NCBI RefSeq assembly: GCF_000737315.1
Contig: NZ_JMCB01000008.1
Location: 248,001 to 312,000 of the forward strand
Direction: 5' to 3'
Origin: Hyalangium minutum
Lineage (GTDB): Bacteria > Myxococcota > Myxococcia > Myxococcales > Myxococcaceae
DNA length: 64,000 nucleotides
Both the position numbers and the translations under genes were made by a program. The notes under the pieces were generated by a model that ran no database searches, was not told where the DNA came from, and was given only the letters and a program-made list of their open reading frames with translations. Within the stretch, counting starts at the first letter, position 1; every line of letters starts with the position of its first letter. Shown here one piece after another: positions 1-9,513 of the stretch.

Positions 1-858
1 CTCCACCCCCACCGGCCCCCCACCGAACTTCTCGATGATGGTGAGCAGAATCTTCCGGTCCATGGAGTCCAGGCCGCTGGCGTCCACGCCGAGCCTGTCG
101 AGCGAGGACCGGGCCAGCTCCAGGGAGATGGTGCCCTCGCCCTCGACCTGGGCGAAGTCGCGCAGGCGGCGCAACAGCCGGTTGGCGATGCGCGGGGTGC
201 CTCGGGAGCGGGTGGAGATCTCCTTGCTGGCGTCCTTGTCCATCGGGATGCCGAGGATGCGCGCCGAGCGGTTGAGGATGAGCTCCAGGTGCTTGGGCTC
301 GTAGTACTCGAGGCGCTCCTGAATCTGGAAGCGGTCGCGGAGCGGCGAGGTGAGCAGGCCCGTGCGGGTGGTGGCGCCGATGAGGGTGAAGGGCGGCAGG
401 TCGATCTTCATCGCGCGGGCGGCGGGGCCCGTGTCGATGGTGATGTCCAGCCGGAAGTCCTCCATGGCCGGGTAGAGGTACTCCTCGATGGCGGCGTTGA
501 GGCGGTGGATCTCGTCGATGAAGAGGACGTCGCGCTCGTTGAGGTTGGTGAGCAACCCGGCCAGGTCGCCCTTGCGCTCCAGGGCGGGGCCGCTGGTGAC
601 GTGGATGCCCACGCCGAGCTCGGAGGCAATGATGTGGGCCAGCGACGTCTTGCCCAGGCCCGGGGGCCCGGAGAACAGACAGTGGTCGAGCGCGTCGCCG
701 CGGCTGCTGGCCGCGAGCACGTAGACTTTGAGCTTCTCGAGGACCTGGGACTGGCCCACGTACTCGTCGAAGGTGCGCGGCCGGAGCGAGACTTCCAGGC
801 GGACATCGTCCCCCTGGACTTCCCCGGACAGCGTCTCGGACTTGCGCTTCGTAGCCAT
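1..858 (-). CDS. ruvB: Holliday junction branch migration helicase RuvB (3' part runs off the window)
   Basis: Manual minus-strand translation from ATG at 858: [10 protein letters not shown]...[13 protein letters not shown], then GPPGLGKT Walker A and FIDEIHR. Confidence 0.95.
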   Translation of the reverse strand, partial: MATKRKSETLSGEVQGDDVRLEVSLRPRTFDEYVGQSQVLEKLKVYVLAASSRGDALDHCLFSGPPGLGKTSLAHIIASELGVGIHVTSGPALERKGDLAGLLTNLNERDVLFIDEIHRLNAAIEEYLYPAMEDFRLDITIDTGPAARAMKIDLPPFTLIGATTRTGLLTSPLRDRFQIQERLEYYEPKHLELILNRSARILGIPMDKDASKEISTRSRGTPRIANRLLRRLRDFAQVEGEGTISLELARSSLDRLGVDASGLDSMDRKILLTIIEKFGGGPVGVE

Positions 859-961
859 GGCGGTGTTCACCCTACCAAGAACGGCGTGTGTGTCGCGGTC
901 CATCTCCTGGCGGCGCTAGACTCGCGCGCCTTGATGGCCGGTGGGCCAGGGGGCGCGCAAA

Positions 962-2200
962 GTGAAGGGTCTCGTCTTCGATCTCTCCATCCCCAAGTAC
1001 GTGCTCGCCAAGGGGATCGGCGGGCTGTACCCGAAGATTCACTACGGACCGGGGAGCTGCCTGTCCCTGAGAGAGCTGCCCTCCCCCACTCCGCCCGGCC
1101 CCGAGTGGGTCCGGCTGAAGCCGCTGCTGGCCGGGCTGTGCGGCTCGGACATGGCCACGTTCTTCTTCAAGGCCAGTCCGCAGTTGGAGCCCTTCAATAG
1201 CTTCCCGGCGGTGCTGGGGCACGAGATCCTCGCCGAGGTGGCGGCGGTGGGCCCGGAGACACGGGGAGTCACAGTGGGGCAGCGCGTGGCGGTGAACCCG
1301 CTGCTGCCGTGCCGGCTGCGAGGCATCCAGCCGCCGTGCAAGCCATGCGCGTCGGGGCAGGAGAACGGGTGCGAGCACACGGCCGAGGGCTGCCTGGCGG
1401 CCGGGCAAATGCTCGGCTACCAGAAGGATCTGCCGGGGGGCATGGGCACGGAGATGGTGGCGCACCCGTCGCAGCTCCACGCCGTGCCGGATCGGGTGTC
1501 GAACAAGGCGGGCGTGTTGGTGGAGCCGCTGGCGGTGAGTCTGCATGCGGTGCTCAAGGCGGGGCTCCGGGATGAGGACCGGGTGCTGGTGATTGGCGGT
1601 GGGCCCGTGGCCTTCGCGGCGCTGTGGGCCATCCGAGCACTGGGGCACCGGAGCCATGTGACGCTGCTGGCGACGGAGGAGTACCAGCTGAAGCTCGCCC
1701 GGCAGCTGGGGGCGGATGAGGCGCTGCGGGTGAAGGATGACGCGGGGGAGGCCGAGGAGGTGGCGCGGCTGACGGGGGCGAAGGTCTACAAGCCCGTGAT
1801 TGGACCGCCTGCGCTGTCAGGAGGCTTCGAGGTGACGATCGACTGCATCGGCAGCGCAGGATCGGTGCAGGACTCGTTGAGGTACACGCGGGCACTGGGG
1901 CGGGTGGTGCTGGTGGGGGCGGCGGGGATTTTGGAGCGGGTGGACTGGACCACTGTGTGGAGGAATGAACTGACGCTGCTCGGTTCGTACGTGTACGGGC
2001 CGGAAAGCTTCCGGGGCGAGCGCAAGCACACCTTCGATCTGGTACTGGAGCTGTTGGCCCGCCGGGAGGGACCGGACCCATCCGTGCTCGTGACACACAC
2101 CTTCCCGCTCTCGCGGTATCGAGAGGCCATCGAGGCAAACCTGGCGCGAGGGCGCTACCACTCTGTGAAGACGGCATTCGACCTGACGGTGACCGCATGA
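962..2200 (+). CDS. Zn-dependent alcohol dehydrogenase (MDR family)
   Basis: GLCGSD, GHE, CxxxxxxxxCxxCxxxxxxxC Zn cluster and GGGPV Rossmann motif; start at GTG 962 (ORF open from 941). Confidence 0.85.
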   Translation: MKGLVFDLSIPKYVLAKGIGGLYPKIHYGPGSCLSLRELPSPTPPGPEWVRLKPLLAGLCGSDMATFFFKASPQLEPFNSFPAVLGHEILAEVAAVGPETRGVTVGQRVAVNPLLPCRLRGIQPPCKPCASGQENGCEHTAEGCLAAGQMLGYQKDLPGGMGTEMVAHPSQLHAVPDRVSNKAGVLVEPLAVSLHAVLKAGLRDEDRVLVIGGGPVAFAALWAIRALGHRSHVTLLATEEYQLKLARQLGADEALRVKDDAGEAEEVARLTGAKVYKPVIGPPALSGGFEVTIDCIGSAGSVQDSLRYTRALGRVVLVGAAGILERVDWTTVWRNELTLLGSYVYGPESFRGERKHTFDLVLELLARREGPDPSVLVTHTFPLSRYREAIEANLARGRYHSVKTAFDLTVTA

Positions 2201-3270
2201 CTCCGAGCTTTCGTCCCCTTCCCTCCCTGACCGCGGCCCGTGCCGAGCAGGTGCCGGGACTCCGCCTCACGCAGCTCCGCCGCGCCGCGCAGGAGGCGCG
2301 CGAGGCGTTCGTCGCCGGTGGACCGGTGACGGCGGTAGCCACGTGCGATTTGATTACGTTCCCGTACCCGGCGCAGTTCGCATTCAGCGGGGCGGCGCTG
2401 TCTCCGGCGCCGTACGTGATGATGAAGAACCGGATGCAGGTGGTGCAGTTCCTGGAGGACGGGGAGCTGCGCACGCTGCTGTTCAACCCGAGCGACTACG
2501 AGCGCGGGATGGCGGCGCCGTTCTTCCGGGGCCTGCGCGAGAAGTACGGGCACTTCGTCTCGGACAAGGTGATGTCCACTCGGCACGGGACGGTGCAGAG
2601 CCACCTGGCGGCACTGGGGCTGAAGCCGGAGGACGTGGACTACATCGCGTTCGACCACCTGCACGTGCAGGACGTGCGCGGATGGCTGGGGGGCGAGGGC
2701 GCGTCGGCATACTTCCCTCGGGCGAAGCTGCTGGTGCAGCAGGCCGAGTGGCTGGGCGCGAAGAACCTGCACCCGATGCAGGCAGCCTGGTACGTGCCGA
2801 ACGGCACGGCGGGAGTGCCCGAAGAGCGGGTGGTGCTGCTGGACGGGGATGCGTGGCTGGGGCCGGGGGTGGCGATTCTTTCCACGCCAGGACACACGCT
2901 GGGGAACATGTCGCTGGCGGTGGCCACGGACCGCGATGTGTTCGTGGTGAGTGAGAACGGCGTGGCGACGGAGAGCTACACGCCGCTGCAGTCGGGGATT
3001 CCGGGAGTACGGACCTTCGCCGAGCACATGGGCATGGAGGTGGTGCTCAACGGCAACACGCGCGAGCACTCGCTGGACCAATACTCGTCAATGGTGGTGG
3101 AGAAGCTGTTCGCGGGGCCGTCTCCGGTGGACGGGGCCTACGTGAACTTCCACCCGTCCTCACTGCTCACGGGTTCCATGCTGGCCCCGGGGTTGTCACC
3201 CACGGTGGTGCTACCGGCGCCGAACTTCGGGGACGTGCGCCCGCCCGCTGCTGCGCGCCAGGCAGCCTGA
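2197..3270 (+). CDS. Metallo-beta-lactamase-fold hydrolase
   Basis: DHLHVQD and TPGHT motifs; ATGA overlap with the upstream dehydrogenase. Confidence 0.7.
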   Translation: MTPSFRPLPSLTAARAEQVPGLRLTQLRRAAQEAREAFVAGGPVTAVATCDLITFPYPAQFAFSGAALSPAPYVMMKNRMQVVQFLEDGELRTLLFNPSDYERGMAAPFFRGLREKYGHFVSDKVMSTRHGTVQSHLAALGLKPEDVDYIAFDHLHVQDVRGWLGGEGASAYFPRAKLLVQQAEWLGAKNLHPMQAAWYVPNGTAGVPEERVVLLDGDAWLGPGVAILSTPGHTLGNMSLAVATDRDVFVVSENGVATESYTPLQSGIPGVRTFAEHMGMEVVLNGNTREHSLDQYSSMVVEKLFAGPSPVDGAYVNFHPSSLLTGSMLAPGLSPTVVLPAPNFGDVRPPAAARQAA

Positions 3271-3680
3271 GCAACGGGGCCACTGGCATCCACAGCTCAC
3301 GGAGGTCGCGAGGCCAGGACTTTTGCCACCCACTGACGAGTGTCTTCCGCCGAAGCGGCATTCTCCTGGTACATCCATGAATCAAACCTTCCCGTGCTGA
3401 TCATGTCGCAGAGTGCAGAATCGGCAGAGAGAAGTTCCGGGACGTCTCAGGGGAAAGCAACAGAAGGCACTTGCCGCGTCTTGAAATCTGGGAGGGCCAG
3501 CAGTCCCCAAGTCAGCGCTCTCCACCCAGGATTCATGCGCATGTGCGTCCGCCCCGTGATGCGAGCGGTGCTGGTTTTGTATGGTGTGGCTTCTGCCTAC
3601 TCTAGCGCGCACCAGCCCTGAACGTGCCGTCCTCGTTACTACCAAACCCTTGAAAAGACTGGGCCTGCTCCCATGCCTCA

Positions 3681-3871
3681 GTGCGAACCCGTGCGCTCTG
3701 GCCCTCCGCCTCGTTCGCCGGAGCTAACCAGTTAGCTCTGAACCTCGGGCCCGCTCGTCACTGCCAACCGGTTGGCACTGTCCCTCCGCCCCGTTCGTCA
3801 CTGCCAACCAGTTGGCTCTGTCCCTCTCCCACTGCCGATGGGTTGGCCCTGGCACCTCCTGGATGCTCTCA
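3681..3871. repeat. Degenerate 40-bp tandem repeat (about 4-5 units) with palindromic core (REP-like)
   Basis: Units start at 3681, 3721, 3761 and 3801, with a fifth at about 3832; cores gagctaaccagttagctc, tgccaaccggttggca, gccaaccagttggc. Confidence 0.8.
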
Positions 3872-3980
3872 CTGCTGCCAAATGCCTGAAGGCGTTCCAC
3901 CTCCTAGGTTGTTTCAAGGGAGACTACCTGTCTGGTCTTCTTTCCCGCCCGGAGGTACCTTCTTGGGAACTTCCCACGCC

Positions 3981-5387
3981 ATGCACCCCTCTACCCTTCC
4001 TCCAGGTTCGATCGTCGGCTCCTGGCGCCTGCTGGGTCTGGCCTCCCAAGGCTCCTTTGGTGCCGTCTTCCGCGCGGAGAGCACCACCGCTCCCGAGTCA
4101 GGCCCCGTCGCTCTCAAGTTCGCGCTCCAGCCAGGGGATCCCCGCTTTGCCCTGGAGGCAGCGTTTCTCTCCCGCATGAAGCACCCGAACTTGCCCCTCC
4201 TGCGGGACTCGGGCGAGTGGCACAGCCCCAGCGGCACGACCTACTCGTTCCTGGTCATGGACTGGGAGGAGGGTCTGCCCCTGTACTCCTGGGCCCGGCT
4301 CCGGCCCCGCTCCTCGCGGGAGGTGCTGCGCGTCCTGGCTCAAGGCGCCCGCGCACTCCAAGCCATCCATTCCGCCGGTGGGCTCCACCGCGACGTCAAA
4401 GGGGACCATTTCCTCGTGCGCCCCGAAGATGGGCACGCCGTGCTGGTGGACTTCGGCTCCTGCACCTTCCGCGGCGCTCCCGTCATCACCCGCAACTCCG
4501 GGCCTCCCAGCACGCCCGAATACCTCAGCCCTCAGTCCCTCGTTCACCAGTGGAGGTTCCGCCGGGATCCCACAGCTCGCTATGAGCCCTCTGTTGCGGA
4601 TGACGTGTACGCCCTGGGCGTCACTGCCTACCGGCTCGTCACCGAGCGTTACCCGCTCATCGCCGACGACGACTCCGGAACGGATGAGGGCCAGGACGAC
4701 TCCCTCCCCATCATTCCCAAACTCGTGCCCGCGGACGTGCTCGTTCAGCTCAGCCCCGAGTTGGCCCTGTGGATCCGGCAGCTGCTGTCCGTGGAGCCCT
4801 CAGCCCGAGGAACTCCGGCGGAGTTGGTCAGGGGCCTGGAGCGGTCGGCGAACACCGAGGGCGCCAAAGCGGACAAGCCCATCGGCCCGATCAGGGCTCA
4901 CTCCGCCCCCAGAAAAGCAATTCCCCAGCAAAAGCCTCCACCTCCCATGCCGAGCCGTGCGCTCCGTTGGAAGGTGTGGTTCGGCGCCACGGCCTTGACC
5001 CTTGTGTTGGTCGCTGGAGGGGGAGGACTGCTCCATGCGCAGATGGAACAATCTTCTTCCTCCGGCCAGCCCCCCACTCTCATGCAGCAGTTCCCCACCG
5101 TGCATGCAGAGACTTCAGGGCTCGGAGAACTTGAGCTCCCGGAACCTCTAAATCCATCCGAGCCCATGCCTCCACACGAGGGGATTAACGCCCCCATCCC
5201 CGATGGTCCCCTCCAAGGCCAGCGCACGCCTCCGTGCAGGAAACCCCTGGTCGAGATCAACGGTGGCTGCTGGAGCCTCGTAGGCAATGAAACGCCTCCC
5301 TGCTCCGACATCACCTATGAGTGGCGGAAGCAGTGCTACCTGCCCTTCATGGCTCCCTCGCGGCCCTTGAACACGAGAGAAAAGTAG
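3981..5387 (+). CDS. Membrane-anchored eukaryotic-like Ser/Thr protein kinase (myxobacterial type)
   Basis: GSFGAVF, VALK, HRDVKG, DFG, DVYALG motifs; one TM helix; Cys-rich C-terminus; likely start ATG 3981. Confidence 0.9.
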   Translation: MHPSTLPPGSIVGSWRLLGLASQGSFGAVFRAESTTAPESGPVALKFALQPGDPRFALEAAFLSRMKHPNLPLLRDSGEWHSPSGTTYSFLVMDWEEGLPLYSWARLRPRSSREVLRVLAQGARALQAIHSAGGLHRDVKGDHFLVRPEDGHAVLVDFGSCTFRGAPVITRNSGPPSTPEYLSPQSLVHQWRFRRDPTARYEPSVADDVYALGVTAYRLVTERYPLIADDDSGTDEGQDDSLPIIPKLVPADVLVQLSPELALWIRQLLSVEPSARGTPAELVRGLERSANTEGAKADKPIGPIRAHSAPRKAIPQQKPPPPMPSRALRWKVWFGATALTLVLVAGGGGLLHAQMEQSSSSGQPPTLMQQFPTVHAETSGLGELELPEPLNPSEPMPPHEGINAPIPDGPLQGQRTPPCRKPLVEINGGCWSLVGNETPPCSDITYEWRKQCYLPFMAPSRPLNTREK

Positions 5388-5433
5388 CTGGCCGTCGAGA
5401 CATTCAGTAGGTCCACAGCAGACGGAGGAACTG

Positions 5434-5661
5434 ATGCAGACCGTGGGGGAAAAGCTCTTCGCTCAAGGGGAGGCCAAGGGAGAGGCCAAGGGCCAAGCCA
5501 AGTACCTCCTCCGGACCCTGGACCGGCGCGGTATTCCCATGGATGCCAAGACCCGTCGGCGCATCCTTGCTTGCAAGGACACCCGCCTGCTCGACCAGTG
5601 GTGTGACCGGGCCCTGACCGCCACCACCCTGGCCGAAGTCCTGGGCGAAGCCTCCAAATAG
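5434..5661 (+). CDS. Stand-alone C-terminal domain of an Rpn/YhgA-like (DUF4351-like) protein
   Basis: GEAKGEAKG repeat, RILAC..LDQW..RA motif; GGAGG RBS at 5424-5428; upstream in-frame relic VGPQQTEEL. Confidence 0.65.
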   Translation: MQTVGEKLFAQGEAKGEAKGQAKYLLRTLDRRGIPMDAKTRRRILACKDTRLLDQWCDRALTATTLAEVLGEASK

Positions 5662-5753
5662 CCCCGCCCGAACGTCTCCAGGTATCCGAAATACCCCGGG
5701 GGGCTCACACAAGCCCCCCATCCGGGCCGCTCTGGTGCTATCTGTCCCGGGCC

Positions 5754-8700
5754 ATGGCCCAGCCCCTTTTCGCTACGGTCCCCAACGAGATCGACTTCCC
5801 CGCCGACGAGCGCCGCATCCTCGCCTTCTGGAAGGAACGCCGAATCTTCGAGCAGACGCTCGAGGGCCGGGACGCTGCCCCTCCCTTCATCTTCTACGAG
5901 GGCCCGCCCACCGCCAACGGCCTCCCCCACAACGGTCACGTCCTCACCCGCGTCATCAAGGACCTCTTCCCTCGCTACAAGACCATGCGCGGCTTCCGCG
6001 TCCCCCGCAAAGCCGGCTGGGACACCCACGGCCTCCCCGTCGAGGTGGAAGTCGAGAAGGAGCTCCGCATCCACGGTAAGGCGGAGATTGAGCGCTACGG
6101 CGTCGAGCCCTTCACCCAGCGCTGCATCGAGTCCGTCTTCCGCTACACCAATGAGTGGGAGCGCCTCACCGAGCGCATCGGCTTCTGGGTCGACCTCCCC
6201 GACGCTTACGTCACCTACCACCGCTCCTACGTCGAGAGCGTCTGGTGGGCCCTCGCCGAGCTGTTCCGCAAGGGCCTCCTCTACCAGGGCCACAAAATCG
6301 TCTGGTGGTGGCCCCAGGGCGGAACCGCCCTCAGCTCCGGCGAAGTCGGCATGGGCTATCGCACCGTCGATGACCCCAGCGCCTACGTCGCCTTCCCCCT
6401 GAGAGGCCAGCCCGACACGGCGCTCCTCATCTGGACCACCACCCCCTGGACACTCCCGTCCAACATGTACGCCGCCGTGAACCCCTCGGTGGACTACGTC
6501 ACCGTGGACGCCGGCGACCGCAAGCTCATCATCGCCGCAGCCCTCCGCGAGGAGCTCGCCAAGAAGCTCAAGAAGGACCTGCCCATCCTGGAGACCCAGA
6601 AGGGCAGCGAGCTCGTCGGCCGCCGCTACTTCCCGCCCTATGACGTCTACTTCCAGCGCGCCGGCTCCACCGAGCTGCCCCTGAAGGCCGGAGGCTCGGA
6701 CTCGCCCGCCTGGCGCGTCATCGCCGCCGACTTCGTCACCCTCACCAGCGGCACCGGCATCGTCCACATCGCCCCCGCCTTCGGCGAGGACGACTACAAC
6801 GCCTTCCGCCAGGAGCGCACCCGCTTCACCCAGCCCGACGCCCTCGAGATGTTCTGCGCCATCCGCTCGGATGGCACCTTCTCCGACGACTTCCCCGGCA
6901 TTGCCGGCAAGTTCGTCAAGGACGCCGACAAGGACATCTCCCGCGCCCTCAAGGAGCGCGGCTTGCTGGTGCTCATGGAGCAGTACAAGCACGAGTACCC
7001 GTTCTGCTGGCGCGCCGATGACGACCCGCTCATCCAGTTCGCCCGCCCCGCCTGGTACATCCGCACCACCCAGGTGAAGGACCAGGCCATCGCCAACAAC
7101 CGCGCCGTCAACTGGGTCCCCGAGCACATCAAGGAAGGCCGCTTCGGCGACTTCCTCGCCAACAACGTGGACTGGGCCCTCTCCCGCGAGCGCTACTGGG
7201 GCACCGCGCTCCCCCTGTGGATCCACTCGGAGACGGGCGAGGTGGAGGCCATCCCCTCGCTCCAGGCCCTGCGCGAGAAGCCCGGCAGCAACCTCGCCGC
7301 CGTCGAGGCCGAGCTCAAGGCCTTCCTCGCCCAGAAGCCCGGTGCCACCACCGCCGAGCACCTCATCGTCCACAAGCCGTGGATCGACAAGGTCACCTAC
7401 GAGAAGCCCGGCACCCCCGGCCGCTTCACCCGCGTGCCCGAAGTCATCGACGTGTGGTTCGACTCGGGCTGCATGCCCTTCGCCCAGTGGGGTTTCCCCC
7501 ACGCCCAGGGCTCGCGCGAGAAGTTCACCCAGGCCTTCCCCGCTGACTTCATCTCCGAGGCCATCGACCAGACGCGCGGCTGGTTCTACTCGCTGCTGAT
7601 GATCAGCACGCTCGTCTTCGATGAGGAGACGCAGAAGCGAGAGAACATCCTCCCGTCCCACGGCTGGCCGCACCCGTACAAGAGCTGCATCGTGCTCGGC
7701 CACGTCTCCGACAAGGAGGGCAAGAAGGAGTCCAAGTCCAAGGGCAACTACACCCCGCCCGAGATCATCCTCGATGAAGTCCGCATGGACTTCGCCGTGC
7801 TGGATGACAAGGCCGCCGGCGTCAACGGCGTGGCCGGCGAGGCGCTCATCGCCCGCGAGGACCTCGAGGGCCTCGACATGCAGGAGGGCGTCAAGGTCCA
7901 GGTGTTCCGCCCGGATCAACCCGGCACCGCCCTCACGCTCACGGTGAAGGCCCACAAGAAGCTCAAGCGGCGCGTGCTGCTGCTGGCGAAGAAGGACCTG
8001 GAGGCGCTGAGCGTGGCGCCCTCGGCCAAGGGCGCGGATGTCATGCCCGTGGAGGTGCCCCGCCTGGCTCCCTCCGAGCGCGTGGTGCTCAAGGACCCCG
8101 CCTCCAAGGCCCCCGGCGCGGACGCCTTCCGCTGGTTCTTCTACGCGGCCAGCCCCACCTGGTCCAACACGCGCCACTCGCTGAGCAACGTGCGCCTGTT
8201 GCAGAAGGACTTCCAGGTCAAGCTGCGCAACGTCTACTCGTTCTTCACCATCTACGCGAACATCGACGGGTTCTCGCCCGCCACCGGCAACCCGGACGCC
8301 TCCGAGGCCCCGTGGCTCGCCATCCGCAAGAGCCAGGGCTGGCGCGAGCCCAAGGTCCGCACGGTGTTGGACAAGTGGATCCTCTCCGAAGTGCAGCTCG
8401 CCCTGCGCGACACGGCCCGCCACCTGGACGGCTACCACGTCTATGAGGCGGCCCAGCGGCTGGTGGCGCTCGTGGACGCGCTCTCCAACTGGTACCTGCG
8501 CCGCAGCCGCGACCGCTTCTGGGCTCCCGGCCTGGAGCAGGACAAGCTCGACGCGTACTACACGCTGTACGAGGCGCTCACCGCCATCGCCTCCATGTCC
8601 GCGCCCTTCATCCCCTTCTTCGCCGAGGAGATGTGGCTCAACCTGGTGCGCCGCCCCTGGCCGCACTCCCAGCCGGAGAGCGTCCACCTGGGCCGCTTCC

Positions 8701-9485
8701 CCGACGCCGACGAGCGCCTCATCGACGAGGGGCTCGCCGCGGAGATGGGCGCGGTGCGCGAGCTGGTGTCCCTGGGCCTCAAGGTCCGCACCGACAACCG
8801 CCTCAAGGTCCGCCAGCCCCTGTCCCGCGTGGACGTCATCCTCGCGCGCTCGGAGCTGAAGGAGCGCGTGGCCGTCTACAAGGAACTCATCGCCGACGAG
8901 CTGAACGTCCACGAGGTGCACTTCCTCGAGGCCGGCCAGGAGACGGACGTGGTCCGCTACAAGGTCCGCCCCAACCTGCGCGCGGTGGGCAGCCGGCTCG
9001 GGCCCAAGCTGGCGCCGGTGCGCAAGGCGTTCGACTCGGCGGATGGCCGCATCCTCCAGCGCGAGCTGTCCCTCAAGGGCATGGTCTCCATCACCGTGGA
9101 CGGCGAGCGCATGGCGTTCCCCGCCGAGGAGCTGGAGGTGCTCGTGGAGGCCAACCCCGGCTTCGCCGCCGCAGGCGCGAGCGTGGGCGTGGTGGTGCTC
9201 TACACCGAGCTGACCGAGGCGCTGGTGGACGAGGGCCTCGTGCGCGAGCTGCTCGCCCGCGTGCAGGCGGCGCGCAAGGACATGGCGCTGGGCTATACGG
9301 ACCGCATCCGCCTCTGGGTGGACGGCGACGCGCGGGTGCTCCGGGTGACGCAGGCCTCCAAGGAGTTCATCTCCCGCGAGACGCTCGCCTCCGAGCTGAA
9401 CGTGGGCCCCGAGGGCCTCACCGGCAAGGAGGAGGAGTTCAACCTCAACGGCCTGCCCACGCGCATCCGCGTCGAGCGCGCCTGA
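5754..9485 (+). CDS. ileS: Isoleucine--tRNA ligase, type 2
   Basis: FYEGPPTANG, GWDTHGLP, WTTTPWTLP, DWALSRERYWG, DQTRGWF; signature variants HNGH and KESKS. Confidence 0.95.
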   Translation: MAQPLFATVPNEIDFPADERRILAFWKERRIFEQTLEGRDAAPPFIFYEGPPTANGLPHNGHVLTRVIKDLFPRYKTMRGFRVPRKAGWDTHGLPVEVEVEKELRIHGKAEIERYGVEPFTQRCIESVFRYTNEWERLTERIGFWVDLPDAYVTYHRSYVESVWWALAELFRKGLLYQGHKIVWWWPQGGTALSSGEVGMGYRTVDDPSAYVAFPLRGQPDTALLIWTTTPWTLPSNMYAAVNPSVDYVTVDAGDRKLIIAAALREELAKKLKKDLPILETQKGSELVGRRYFPPYDVYFQRAGSTELPLKAGGSDSPAWRVIAADFVTLTSGTGIVHIAPAFGEDDYNAFRQERTRFTQPDALEMFCAIRSDGTFSDDFPGIAGKFVKDADKDISRALKERGLLVLMEQYKHEYPFCWRADDDPLIQFARPAWYIRTTQVKDQAIANNRAVNWVPEHIKEGRFGDFLANNVDWALSRERYWGTALPLWIHSETGEVEAIPSLQALREKPGSNLAAVEAELKAFLAQKPGATTAEHLIVHKPWIDKVTYEKPGTPGRFTRVPEVIDVWFDSGCMPFAQWGFPHAQGSREKFTQAFPADFISEAIDQTRGWFYSLLMISTLVFDEETQKRENILPSHGWPHPYKSCIVLGHVSDKEGKKESKSKGNYTPPEIILDEVRMDFAVLDDKAAGVNGVAGEALIAREDLEGLDMQEGVKVQVFRPDQPGTALTLTVKAHKKLKRRVLLLAKKDLEALSVAPSAKGADVMPVEVPRLAPSERVVLKDPASKAPGADAFRWFFYAASPTWSNTRHSLSNVRLLQKDFQVKLRNVYSFFTIYANIDGFSPATGNPDASEAPWLAIRKSQGWREPKVRTVLDKWILSEVQLALRDTARHLDGYHVYEAAQRLVALVDALSNWYLRRSRDRFWAPGLEQDKLDAYYTLYEALTAIASMSAPFIPFFAEEMWLNLVRRPWPHSQPESVHLGRFPDADERLIDEGLAAEMGAVRELVSLGLKVRTDNRLKVRQPLSRVDVILARSELKERVAVYKELIADELNVHEVHFLEAGQETDVVRYKVRPNLRAVGSRLGPKLAPVRKAFDSADGRILQRELSLKGMVSITVDGERMAFPAEELEVLVEANPGFAAAGASVGVVVLYTELTEALVDEGLVRELLARVQAARKDMALGYTDRIRLWVDGDARVLRVTQASKEFISRETLASELNVGPEGLTGKEEEFNLNGLPTRIRVERA

Positions 9486-9513
9486 CAGGCAGAGCCAAGG
9501 CCCAGGGGCTCGC

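Noticed and set aside
3271-3680. ORFs 3340-3621 (+) and 3382-3645 (-) in the spacer before the kinase
   Set aside because: No recognisable motifs, RBS or codon bias
3681-3871. Possible CRISPR array
   Set aside because: Linkers are similar to one another rather than unique spacers, repeats are degenerate, and no cas genes are present
5463-8921. 1152-aa minus-strand ORF and similar long ORFs (12873-15086, 19608-21965, 31378-34269, 36240-38180, 56528-58684, 59200-61452)
   Set aside because: Antisense shadows of real high-GC3 genes; no motifs and biased composition
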